From: an uncultured Methanosarcinales archaeon
Lineage (GTDB): Archaea > Nanobdellota > Nanobdellia > Woesearchaeales > JAGVZT01
Reading direction: 5' to 3'
Length of the DNA: 10,603 nt
NCBI GenBank assembly: GCA_964419615.1
Contig: CAYQPU010000040.1
Location: 1-10,603, forward strand
Numbering within the stretch: position 1 is the stretch's first letter; every line of letters begins with the position of its first letter. The notes beneath the pieces are model-generated. The model was not told the origin of the DNA and ran no database searches. It worked only from the letters and a program-made list of their open reading frames with translations. Shown in pieces: positions 1 through 7,384 of the stretch. The translations under genes were made by a program, and so were the position numbers.

Positions 1-11
1 CGGCCGACGCA
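1..11 (+). tRNA. Possible 3' tail of a tRNA (Gly-like), cut by the window edge
   Basis: CGG-CCGACGC-A reads as the end of a T-stem, a 7-nt acceptor 3' strand (partner would be GCGTCGG) and discriminator A. It is followed by a 7-T run (13-19). Archaeal tRNA-Gly genes typically begin GCG and end CGCA. Only 11 nt are visible. Confidence 0.3.
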
Positions 12-22
12 CTTTTTTTGGT

Positions 23-37
23 CAAAAAATTTAAATA
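23..37 (+). promoter_or_regulatory. Archaeal BRE/TATA promoter for the NUDIX-HD unit
   Basis: A-rich CAAAAAA directly followed by TTTAAATA (30-37), ending 24 nt before ATG 62, which is leaderless spacing. Confidence 0.55.
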
Positions 38-61
38 AACCTTCAACTTTATAATCAAAAT

Positions 62-487
62 ATGGGAGATGAACCAGTTAAAGGACCACACGTCGTTTGT
101 AGTGCTTTTATTGAAAAGAAGGGAAAATTCTTATTAGTGTTTTGTCCTGGTTTTAAAGTTTGGCGTGTTCCAGGTGGACGGGCAGAATGGACAGAATTAT
201 TAGAAGAAACACTAATTAGAGAAATGCAAGAAGAAGTAGGAGTAAAATTTGATAATCCAAAGTTTCTTGGCTATGGACAAGATCAACAATATCATGTCCG
301 GGCTCAAAAAGAGACATCACGATTACTAATGTTTTTCCATGTTAAAACAGACGAAGAACTAATAATTGACCCTGAGGAGGCAGAAGAACACAAATGGATC
401 ACTTTTGATGAACTAAAAAATCATCAGAATAAAGAAGGTGCTATTGATGACTTCTTCAAGAAAAATTCTGATATGAAGTTAATATGA
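62..487 (+). CDS. NUDIX hydrolase
   Basis: Complete Nudix box GX5EX7REUXEEXGU: GRAEWTELLEETLIREMQEEVGV, preceded by WRVPGG. C-terminal EHKWITFDEL is typical of the family. Confidence 0.95.
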   Translation: MGDEPVKGPHVVCSAFIEKKGKFLLVFCPGFKVWRVPGGRAEWTELLEETLIREMQEEVGVKFDNPKFLGYGQDQQYHVRAQKETSRLLMFFHVKTDEELIIDPEEAEEHKWITFDELKNHQNKEGAIDDFFKKNSDMKLI

Positions 488-491
488 AAAA

Positions 492-1073
492 ATGGAAAAA
501 ATATACATAAAACTCTTTGAGTTAGCAAAACCATATTATAAAAAAGGAAGATCTTATGATATACCCTCAATTCAATGGATGATGCAGCAAGCAGATAAAA
601 TAGCAGACATTGAAAATCTGGATAAAAAGTTGTTATTACCCTTGATAGCACTGCATGATGTTGGTTATTCAAAACTTAAAGATAAAAATCCAAATGTGAA
701 ACATAAAGAACCAAAAATAATGCACATGAGAGTTGGTGCAAAAATTGCTGAAAAGATTCTAATGCAAATTAATTATGATGAGGACTACAGTAAGAAAATT
801 GTACATTATGTATCTGTCCATGATAACTGGGTATTAAATGATTATTCTCCTTACAAAGAATGTAAAGAAATGGCAGTGTTTGGTGACCTTGATTTCATGT
901 TTCCACTTGCGGACAAATCATTCCTAAAAGCCAGGGCGGATGGCATGGGGGAAACAATTAAGGAAAATATCCAAGGATTCTCAAATGATAAAATTTTAAA
1001 AATCCGACCACTATGCTGCAAAGCAACACAAGCATTATTTAATGAGTTGATTAAAAAGGCAAAGACTTATTGA
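492..1073 (+). CDS. HD-domain metal-dependent phosphohydrolase-like protein
   Basis: IALHDVGYS core, H..VGAKIA helix, second HD (VHD) and distal GDLD. Starts 4 nt after the NUDIX stop. The expected first His position appears to be Ser (YDIPSIQW). Confidence 0.8.
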   Translation: MEKIYIKLFELAKPYYKKGRSYDIPSIQWMMQQADKIADIENLDKKLLLPLIALHDVGYSKLKDKNPNVKHKEPKIMHMRVGAKIAEKILMQINYDEDYSKKIVHYVSVHDNWVLNDYSPYKECKEMAVFGDLDFMFPLADKSFLKARADGMGETIKENIQGFSNDKILKIRPLCCKATQALFNELIKKAKTY

Positions 1074-1095
1074 TCTTGCACAAAAATAAATCTTT

Positions 1096-1145
1096 CAGTT
1101 ATTAACTACTTTTAAGTGATATTTTACATAAGAGTTAAATAACTG
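1096..1145. promoter_or_regulatory. Imperfect inverted repeat whose right arm overlaps the TATA box of ORF 1164
   Basis: CAGTTATTAACT (1096-1107) and AGTTAAATAACTG (1133-1145) are reverse complements apart from one indel. GTTAAATA (1134-1141) ends 22 nt before ATG 1164. Confidence 0.35.
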
Positions 1146-1163
1146 TATAGATTTCCCATTATT

Positions 1164-1667
1164 ATGTCCCAAAAAGGAAAACCTCAATGCATTGGAAGAA
1201 AACAAATCTTCACTTGGCAGGCTTATTTGTTATATAATGAAGCGAGACCCTATGATGAATTGATAAGCGAACACTCTGAAAGTGATATTCCAATTTGCAT
1301 GGCCTTGGTAACAAAATCTTATTCAAAAGATTTTCTTGACGTACTTGTTGATGATGAACATGCGTTTAAAACATATTTTGCAAATGCAACTGAATCAATT
1401 ATTGTTACAAGATCTGCAGTCTTAACACAGAATGATAAAGGAATTATTCTAAATGCAGAACACATGGTCCATTACAGCATATTTGTGGAACATTATTCAA
1501 ATGCGTATGCTGTTTTTAAAAGAGACTCAGAAAAAAGAAAAGATTTGGGTCAAGCCGTACACCTAGAACAACCATACGATAGATTAGCAATAATTACTGA
1601 AGAGCATGTACAAGCTTTAGAAGATAATTTTAAAAGTTTTTGTACAGATAGAATTCTATTGGGTTGA
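1164..1667 (+). CDS. Hypothetical protein (167 aa)
   Basis: Open frame with ATG and an upstream TATA at leaderless spacing. No recognised motif. Confidence 0.7.
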   Translation: MSQKGKPQCIGRKQIFTWQAYLLYNEARPYDELISEHSESDIPICMALVTKSYSKDFLDVLVDDEHAFKTYFANATESIIVTRSAVLTQNDKGIILNAEHMVHYSIFVEHYSNAYAVFKRDSEKRKDLGQAVHLEQPYDRLAIITEEHVQALEDNFKSFCTDRILLG

Positions 1668-1682
1668 TACATATCAGTAAAT

Positions 1683-1690
1683 CTTATATA
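1683..1690 (+). promoter_or_regulatory. TATA box for the DAGK-family gene
   Basis: CTTATATA ending 23 nt before ATG 1714. Confidence 0.5.
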
Positions 1691-1713
1691 TCTTCATCTA
1701 GTCTCTTAATTAA

Positions 1714-2604
1714 ATGAAATACGCCCTAGTTACAAACCCCAATTCTGGCTTAATAAAGCTAAAAAACAGAAAATTCATATTAAATAAACTAATGAATATG
1801 TTTGGTGTAAAGCAAGTTTATGGATTAGAAACAGAATCTCCAAAAGAGTTCTGTGACTTACTAAGAAACTTACCAGAGCATGTAGGGTATAAGCCAGATG
1901 TGGTTGTTTTAGTTGGAGGTGATGGAACTTTTCATCATGGAATCAATGAATTAAAAAATACTTGTCTTGCCTTTCTTCCTTTAGGTTCAGGAAATTTCCT
2001 AAAATTCACCTTTGGATTAAAAAATTCACCTATTGAAAATGCAAAACTAATAATGCAATCCAAGATAAACTCAATAGATATTGTCAAAGCAGAATTTAAC
2101 AACACATCTATTCTTTCTACTTACTGTAGTATTGGAGTTGAAGCAGATGCTATTAACATCTCTGAAAAACTAAGAAAAAACAAAGTTCCTTCTCTTGTAT
2201 CTTATGGATGGGCAGCACCAATAACAAGTACCCAGGTTAAGATCTTAACAGCAAAAATGGAATACAATAAAACCAAAGAAACATTAAAATTTATATCACT
2301 AGCAATTCACAAAAGTCCATATGTTCTTAAAATGGGAACTAACATTAATCCAAATGCAAAACTCGATGATGGTCTTTTACATTTGACTATGTTTGAAGAT
2401 GTTCCTTCTTTACTCATGGGTTATGTTGAAGGAACAATTAATGTAAACACAACTGGAAAAATGTGGACAGCAGGTAAATTAAAAGTAAGATTCCCTAAAA
2501 AAGTTCAGATACAAGCAGAAGGAAATTATATAGGGGAAGCAAAAGAATTTGAATTTAAAGTTCTACCAAAGAAAATAAAAGTTAAGCATGAATTTCCAAA
2601 GTGA
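1714..2604 (+). CDS. Diacylglycerol kinase family lipid kinase (YegS/DagK/BmrU-like)
   Basis: Motifs in canonical order: VTNPNSG, VGGDGT, LPLGSGN, SIGVEA, AKLDDGLL. The C-terminal DGE motif is replaced by EGN. Confidence 0.9.
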   Translation: MKYALVTNPNSGLIKLKNRKFILNKLMNMFGVKQVYGLETESPKEFCDLLRNLPEHVGYKPDVVVLVGGDGTFHHGINELKNTCLAFLPLGSGNFLKFTFGLKNSPIENAKLIMQSKINSIDIVKAEFNNTSILSTYCSIGVEADAINISEKLRKNKVPSLVSYGWAAPITSTQVKILTAKMEYNKTKETLKFISLAIHKSPYVLKMGTNINPNAKLDDGLLHLTMFEDVPSLLMGYVEGTINVNTTGKMWTAGKLKVRFPKKVQIQAEGNYIGEAKEFEFKVLPKKIKVKHEFPK

Positions 2605-2619
2605 TATTTATGAGGAAAA

Positions 2620-2627
2620 TTTATATA
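2620..2627 (+). promoter_or_regulatory. TATA box for ORF 2650
   Basis: GAGGAAAA followed by TTTATATA, ending 22 nt before ATG 2650. Confidence 0.55.
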
Positions 2628-2649
2628 CTAAAATTCTTTTTATTCTAAC

Positions 2650-3015
2650 ATGCCTAAATGGATGGATGATTTATCAGAAGATTTTCATTTTCTATATGAT
2701 AAATATGACTCTATATGTGAAAAAATAACTAATTTTGTTTTGACTCATAAGGATTTTGTTCCAGAGAGACTTGATGCTTTATTTGATAAAATTAATCCTG
2801 CTTATACTCCACATAAGAATCTTGCAGAACTATCAATGTCCCTTTCTCCAGATGAAAAATCAGAACCAATTAGACCTGAACATCAACCTTTTGTTGATGA
2901 ATACTTGTCAGTTGTAAAAGAGAATCCACTTGAAACCACTTTGAATGCAATAACACTCTACCACATTGCACATCCTATAAACTCATTCAGATATTTTCGC
3001 GAAAGTAATATGTAA
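2650..3015 (+). CDS. Hypothetical protein (121 aa)
   Basis: Open frame with ATG and its own TATA box. No recognised motif. Confidence 0.7.
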   Translation: MPKWMDDLSEDFHFLYDKYDSICEKITNFVLTHKDFVPERLDALFDKINPAYTPHKNLAELSMSLSPDEKSEPIRPEHQPFVDEYLSVVKENPLETTLNAITLYHIAHPINSFRYFRESNM

Positions 3016-3076
3016 ATTTTGTTATATCTACATAATTTATTTATATAATCATCATCTCTCATAGAACATTGAACCG

Positions 3077-5212
3077 CTAACCAACACTACTAGCAGCACC
3101 TAATATATTCAAAGCAACAATATTAAACATAATTGTAACAATAGTTGCAATAGCAACATATAATATCGTACTTCCTTTCATATTCTTGCCAAGCATGTAC
3201 TGCTCATTTAATTTGTCAGAACCATTCTCAATACCATTAGCCATCACACTTAAAACATAAACAATCTGGATAACGTACAAACCAACAACAATCTGGAAAA
3301 AATAAGTTGGAATACCTTGCTTAAACAAATCAGGCATACCACTACCCATTGTTCTCACTTCAGAACCACTCAAACCTGATAGTTGTCCACCTAATGCTCC
3401 AATAATTGTGGAAATCATAGAAGTAATCCCAACAACAATTCCAGCAATCGCAGGTGCTAAAAAACTAATCTGGGATTTCATAGATGAAATAATATCTGAT
3501 AATAAATCATTAAGCCTTTCATTAACTCTATGAATTTCTTTTAAATACTGTGAAACATTAATCAAAGCTTGTGAACAAATTTTAGGACCTTTTCTAGAAC
3601 TCTGCATTAATACTTTCATTGAGCTTTCAATAATCTTGCTTGGAAAATAAGATAAGGCACCTTGCCTATCATTAAATATGGCCTGTTTTAAACTCATACC
3701 CATCTTGGTTATGTTATTTGAAACAACTGCAAAAAACTCACCTGTTTTTGTACCAGACAAAACTTTAGCTACATTTCCAAAAGCAATCTCAATTGGAAGC
3801 CCGTCTCCAATTCTATTCCCGAGCTGGAAAAGACCAGATGCAAATTCTTTTTCAAGCGCCTTTGCCTCATTTCGTTTATCAATTAATTTTCTTGATTTTA
3901 TTATAAAGTAAATAGCCATGCCTATACCAATAGACAAAGGAACAAACATGCTAAACATAGCCGCACCGAGTCCAAATGGCCCTAAAAGTTCATCACTTTC
4001 AGCATCAGCTTTCATATACTTCATAAACTTAAAAGGTCCAACATCGATCTCAAAATCAGGACTCACTGCATGAATCAACAAAGGCAATATTCCAATAAAA
4101 AATAAAATGCCACCGATAATTAAAGCAACATTAATTGGTTTTATCTTAATCTCTAATTTACCAAGTTTAATTAAAACATTTTTGTACTTTTGCATATCTG
4201 GATTCTGCATAGAAATATCAGTATCTCCATAACCAGTTGGTCTTTTGGAAAGAATATTTTTACCCATAAAATAGACCATTATTGGTAAAATAAAATTATA
4301 CAAAAAGGAAAGATGATACCATCTAACATTACCCATAAAACTAACAATTAATGGTAAAATAATCATGCCCAAAATAGGCAGGATAATACCAAGCATATGA
4401 AGCATAGTAATAGGATTCTTTAAATTATGAGTGTAGTGAAGCATTTTTTCATATGTTTCTGAAAGCATAACATCAAGCGCCTTATCAACAAACATCAACC
4501 TTCTAGTTTCAGAAGGTTCGAGCAAGGAAGCTTCAAGTAAATGAAAAGCCTCAATAAATTCAAGATTCCATTTTCTCCAGCTCTCTAAGTATGAATCAAG
4601 ACTCTCTTTTACAGACTCAAATTCTTCAGTCTCAACATCCCACAAAACCTTTTTCAAATCTAATGATAATGGTGGGGAAGTATGATCAGCTGCAAACTGC
4701 AAAGCATTCTCCATATTGGATGTATGCCTCATATAAGTTGCAACATAGAAGATACACTGGACCATTTGATTGGAAGCTTTCAAACGCCAGTTATTGGCAA
4801 AATACTGTGGAAGCTTATCAAAAATCATCAATCCCATAAGGCCAATTGTCAAAAATAAAACCATAATAAACATAGACTTAAACAAAAACAATCCAATAAT
4901 AGCTCCAAGCAAAACACTGGCAATAGCCCACACAATTGAAAAACTGTAAGCCCCAGCTGGAGTAACATGAAGATGACTAATTCTCAAATTCTCTTCCATA
5001 GGCCCAGCTTTCTTCGGATCAGGTTTTATATTCAAAAACTTTGCACTAAAATTACATGCTTTTTCATAAAGATTAAGATGGCCAGGAAGATTCTCCTTTC
5101 TAAATTGCTTATATTCATGAGATTGAACAACCTCTTCTTTAGAACCTTTTTCAAAATATTTCTTCTTATATCTACTGATCTCACTTCTAAGCTGATCTTC
5201 GTCTAATCCCAT
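3077..5212 (-). CDS. Type II secretion F-domain (TadC/TadB/ArlJ-like) pilus assembly platform protein with two fused F domains
   Basis: 711 aa polytopic membrane protein. Two T2SS-F-like cytoplasmic modules (NQMVQCIFYVATYMRHTSNMENAL and EKEFASGLFQLGNRIGDGLPIEIAF) are each followed by TM helices. SD GAGGG at 5220-5216 and TATA TTTATATA at 5256-5249. Confidence 0.85.
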   Translation of the reverse strand: MGLDEDQLRSEISRYKKKYFEKGSKEEVVQSHEYKQFRKENLPGHLNLYEKACNFSAKFLNIKPDPKKAGPMEENLRISHLHVTPAGAYSFSIVWAIASVLLGAIIGLFLFKSMFIMVLFLTIGLMGLMIFDKLPQYFANNWRLKASNQMVQCIFYVATYMRHTSNMENALQFAADHTSPPLSLDLKKVLWDVETEEFESVKESLDSYLESWRKWNLEFIEAFHLLEASLLEPSETRRLMFVDKALDVMLSETYEKMLHYTHNLKNPITMLHMLGIILPILGMIILPLIVSFMGNVRWYHLSFLYNFILPIMVYFMGKNILSKRPTGYGDTDISMQNPDMQKYKNVLIKLGKLEIKIKPINVALIIGGILFFIGILPLLIHAVSPDFEIDVGPFKFMKYMKADAESDELLGPFGLGAAMFSMFVPLSIGIGMAIYFIIKSRKLIDKRNEAKALEKEFASGLFQLGNRIGDGLPIEIAFGNVAKVLSGTKTGEFFAVVSNNITKMGMSLKQAIFNDRQGALSYFPSKIIESSMKVLMQSSRKGPKICSQALINVSQYLKEIHRVNERLNDLLSDIISSMKSQISFLAPAIAGIVVGITSMISTIIGALGGQLSGLSGSEVRTMGSGMPDLFKQGIPTYFFQIVVGLYVIQIVYVLSVMANGIENGSDKLNEQYMLGKNMKGSTILYVAIATIVTIMFNIVALNILGAASSVG

Positions 5213-5405
5213 ATTCCCTCTTTTTTAAATTAATATTTCAAAATTTAATATATAAATGTTGTGAATTAAAACCTAATTTATTAGTTGGGCTATGTTTCAT
5301 AAAACAAGATCAGCAAATAGTAGAATTCCTCACGGGGAAGGTGATCAGTGGAAGTTTTGCAAAAGATAATAAAATACTCAGAAAAACTAATCTCTAGGCA
5401 AAAAA

Positions 5406-5413
5406 CTATATAA
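5406..5413 (+). promoter_or_regulatory. TATA box for the surface protein gene
   Basis: CAAAAAA then CTATATAA, ending 23 nt before ATG 5437. Confidence 0.5.
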
Positions 5414-5436
5414 ACCAATTACCCAAAACCAACTAT

Positions 5437-6573
5437 ATGAAGAAAATCCTTTGGTTATTAATAGCAATTCTAACTATTCAAACAGGCTATTCAATAGGAG
5501 TTGGACCTGCATTTAACACATTAGAATACCAACCAAACACAATCCAAAGTGATTATCTAAAAGTATACAACACAGAAGATAAAGAATTCTATGCCGTGTT
5601 AAGTGTAGAAGGAGGACTCAAAGAATATCTAATACTTGATGACACTCAAATTTACATCCCATCAAATGAAGATTTTAAAAGAATCTATTATCATGTACAA
5701 TACCCAGAATTAGAACCCGGATCTTATCAAACAAGAATAAGAATAATAGAAACACCACAAAATGTTGAAGGTGAATCAGTAATAATAGCAGCTTTGGGTG
5801 TTTCTCATAAAATTGGCCTTGAAGTTTCAGCATATGGAAAATACCTGAAAATAAGTTTTGTTGTGGAAGACAAAACACTAAAAGTAACTTTGGACAACAT
5901 TGGAGAAGAAGATGTTGAACAGGTTGATATTGAATTCACATTAACAGATGATAAACAATCATTAGTATATGAAGAAACAGCTTCAAACATTAATGTTGGA
6001 CAAAAACAAATCATCACAAGAAATTTACAAAAAGTAGAAGATGGAGTATATCAAGCACTGTTAAACGTAACATATGATGGAATAAACAAAATTATAAAGC
6101 AAGAAATTGCAATCGGTCAAATAATAGTCACAATAAACAGTATGGATATTGCAGACTTTGAAATTGGAGACATTGCAAAAATAGATCTGGAAGTAGAAAA
6201 CAAATGGAACAGAGAACTAAATAATCTAAATCTGGAAATGGAAGTTGTCAGAAACAACAAAATCTATGGTTCATATAAATCAGAAGACTTTAACCTTGCA
6301 CCAAACTCCAAAAAAACAATCTCAGCATATTGGGACACACAAGACAAACCAGTTGGAGACTATGATGCACACTTTACAGTAAACTATGCAGGCAAAAAAG
6401 CAGAACAAAGCTTTATCTTAACACTAGGCGAAGAAAAAGTAACAGCAGCAAAACCAAAAGAATTCAATTGGCTAATCCCAATAAGCATAATAGCAGTAAT
6501 AATGTTAATAGTCGTGATCTTGTTATTGGTCAGATACTTTAAACAGAAAGGGGAACCTGTGATAATGCATTAG
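5437..6573 (+). CDS. Secreted, C-terminally membrane-anchored protein with Ig-like/CARDB-type beta domains (S-layer/COG1361-like)
   Basis: N-terminal signal peptide (MKKILWLLIAILTIQTGYS), beta-rich repeats (VTLDNIGEEDV, EVENKWNRELNN, YWDTQDKPVGDYDAHFTVNY), and a C-terminal TM helix (WLIPISIIAVIMLIVVILLLV) followed by RYFKQK. Confidence 0.75.
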   Translation: MKKILWLLIAILTIQTGYSIGVGPAFNTLEYQPNTIQSDYLKVYNTEDKEFYAVLSVEGGLKEYLILDDTQIYIPSNEDFKRIYYHVQYPELEPGSYQTRIRIIETPQNVEGESVIIAALGVSHKIGLEVSAYGKYLKISFVVEDKTLKVTLDNIGEEDVEQVDIEFTLTDDKQSLVYEETASNINVGQKQIITRNLQKVEDGVYQALLNVTYDGINKIIKQEIAIGQIIVTINSMDIADFEIGDIAKIDLEVENKWNRELNNLNLEMEVVRNNKIYGSYKSEDFNLAPNSKKTISAYWDTQDKPVGDYDAHFTVNYAGKKAEQSFILTLGEEKVTAAKPKEFNWLIPISIIAVIMLIVVILLLVRYFKQKGEPVIMH

Positions 6574-6604
6574 GAGAACAATTAGTCTCACTTAATGCAA
6601 TCAA

Positions 6605-6907
6605 TTATTGTTGATCTTTATGCGAGAACTCAACAAATCTTAATATCTTATCTTTTGAGTAATATTTATAATAAAGCCTAAATGAATCCAGGTAAACTTC
6701 TTGTTCACCTTTTCTACTGTATTGTACATACTTCCCAATATTGGGATTCTTTACAATTTTCAGGATTTGCTTGAACAATCTAAACTTAACTTTGTTGTCT
6801 CTTATTTTCCTTATTTGTTTATCAAATTCATAAGAGAAGCGCAACTTAATCTTGTTTTGCTTAGCTGCCCTCATAATTAATGTTCTTAATGTTTTAATCT
6901 CACTCAT
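6605..6907 (-). CDS. RelE/ParE-superfamily toxin
   Basis: 100 aa, very basic, with a RelE-like layout (FSYEFDKQIRKI...IVKNPNIGK...FRLYYKY...FSHKD). Its start overlaps the antitoxin stop (ATGA at 6907-6904). Confidence 0.75.
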   Translation of the reverse strand: MSEIKTLRTLIMRAAKQNKIKLRFSYEFDKQIRKIRDNKVKFRLFKQILKIVKNPNIGKYVQYSRKGEQEVYLDSFRLYYKYYSKDKILRFVEFSHKDQQ

Positions 6908-7173
6908 CTTAGAACATCTTCTGCCTTTAGTTCTTTTCCCTTCTCCATTTCTGTGAGAATTTTATCATGCCTCATCGCCCTAACAAAATCCTCTGCATAT
7001 TTGCTCTTTTTCTTCTTAATATTCAAGACATCTTTGATTGGTTTAATAATAATTTCATTATCTTCTGACATAACCATTAACTGCTCATCTTTAACAAGGC
7101 CAAGTTTTGTCCGAATATTATTTGGAATCACAATTTGCCCTTTTGTACTTATTTTTACTAATCCTATCTCCAT
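6904..7173 (-). CDS. AbrB/MazE/SpoVT-family antitoxin
   Basis: KISTKGQIVIPNNIRTKLGL...IIIKP is the classic AbrB signature. ATG 7173 is preferred over TTG 7185 because SD GGTGA lies at 7183-7179. Confidence 0.9.
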   Translation of the reverse strand: MEIGLVKISTKGQIVIPNNIRTKLGLVKDEQLMVMSEDNEIIIKPIKDVLNIKKKKSKYAEDFVRAMRHDKILTEMEKGKELKAEDVLR

Positions 7174-7183
7174 TTTTTTCACC

Positions 7184-7199
7184 AAAAGTAGGAAAAGTA
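7184..7199 (-). promoter_or_regulatory. Candidate autoregulatory operator of the abrB-relE pair
   Basis: Direct repeat AAAAGTA at 7184-7190 and 7193-7199, lying between a weak TATA-like sequence (7214-7206) and the SD. Confidence 0.3.
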
Positions 7200-7237
7200 A
7201 GACGGCTTAAATATCTTGTGTTTTTAATACCTTGTAT

Positions 7238-7353
7238 ACCTCCAGTGTATTTCACTGGATGGGTGCGTAGCAATACTAAGTGTTCAACAAAGCGAGTGGC
7301 CCGAGCCACTAAGTGGCGAGGATGCCACTGGTCTATAGACCATTGGTGGTTAC
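7238..7353 (+). mobile_element. Non-coding multi-hairpin element resembling an IS200/IS605 end (PATE-like remnant or orphan omega-RNA scaffold)
   Basis: 116 nt at about 51% GC (59/116) in an AT-rich context. Hairpins: TCCAGTG-TATTT-CACTGGA, GTA-GCAA-TAC, alternating AGTGGC/GCCACT hexamers, and a terminal imperfect hairpin GCCAcTGGTC-TATA-GACCAtTGGT followed by GGTTAC. The last part resembles IS200/IS605 right ends (subterminal hairpin then GTTCAC/GTTGAC). No tnpA/tnpB in the window. Confidence 0.5.
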
Positions 7354-7384
7354 GAGCCTTTTGGCAATTGATAATCTGGTAAAT

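Noticed and set aside
14-29. TTTTTTG-GT-CAAAAAA hairpin as another copy of the double-hairpin element
   Set aside because: Only an A/T-tract resemblance. It lacks the CTTTTT/AAAAAG stem and the CTCACTT loop, and is explained by a terminator T-run next to a BRE.
5257-5397. Short open frames in the divergent intergenic region (a 25-aa ORF at 5292-5369, and a startless frame reading DQQIVEFLTGKVISGSF)
   Set aside because: Too short, with no promoter/SD support and no recognisable family. A decayed gene fragment cannot be excluded.
7107-7382. ORFs 7107-7382 (+), 7118-7309 (-) and 6953-7210 (+)
   Set aside because: They overlap abrB and the structured non-coding element, have no recognisable motifs, and show no TnpB C-terminal signature.
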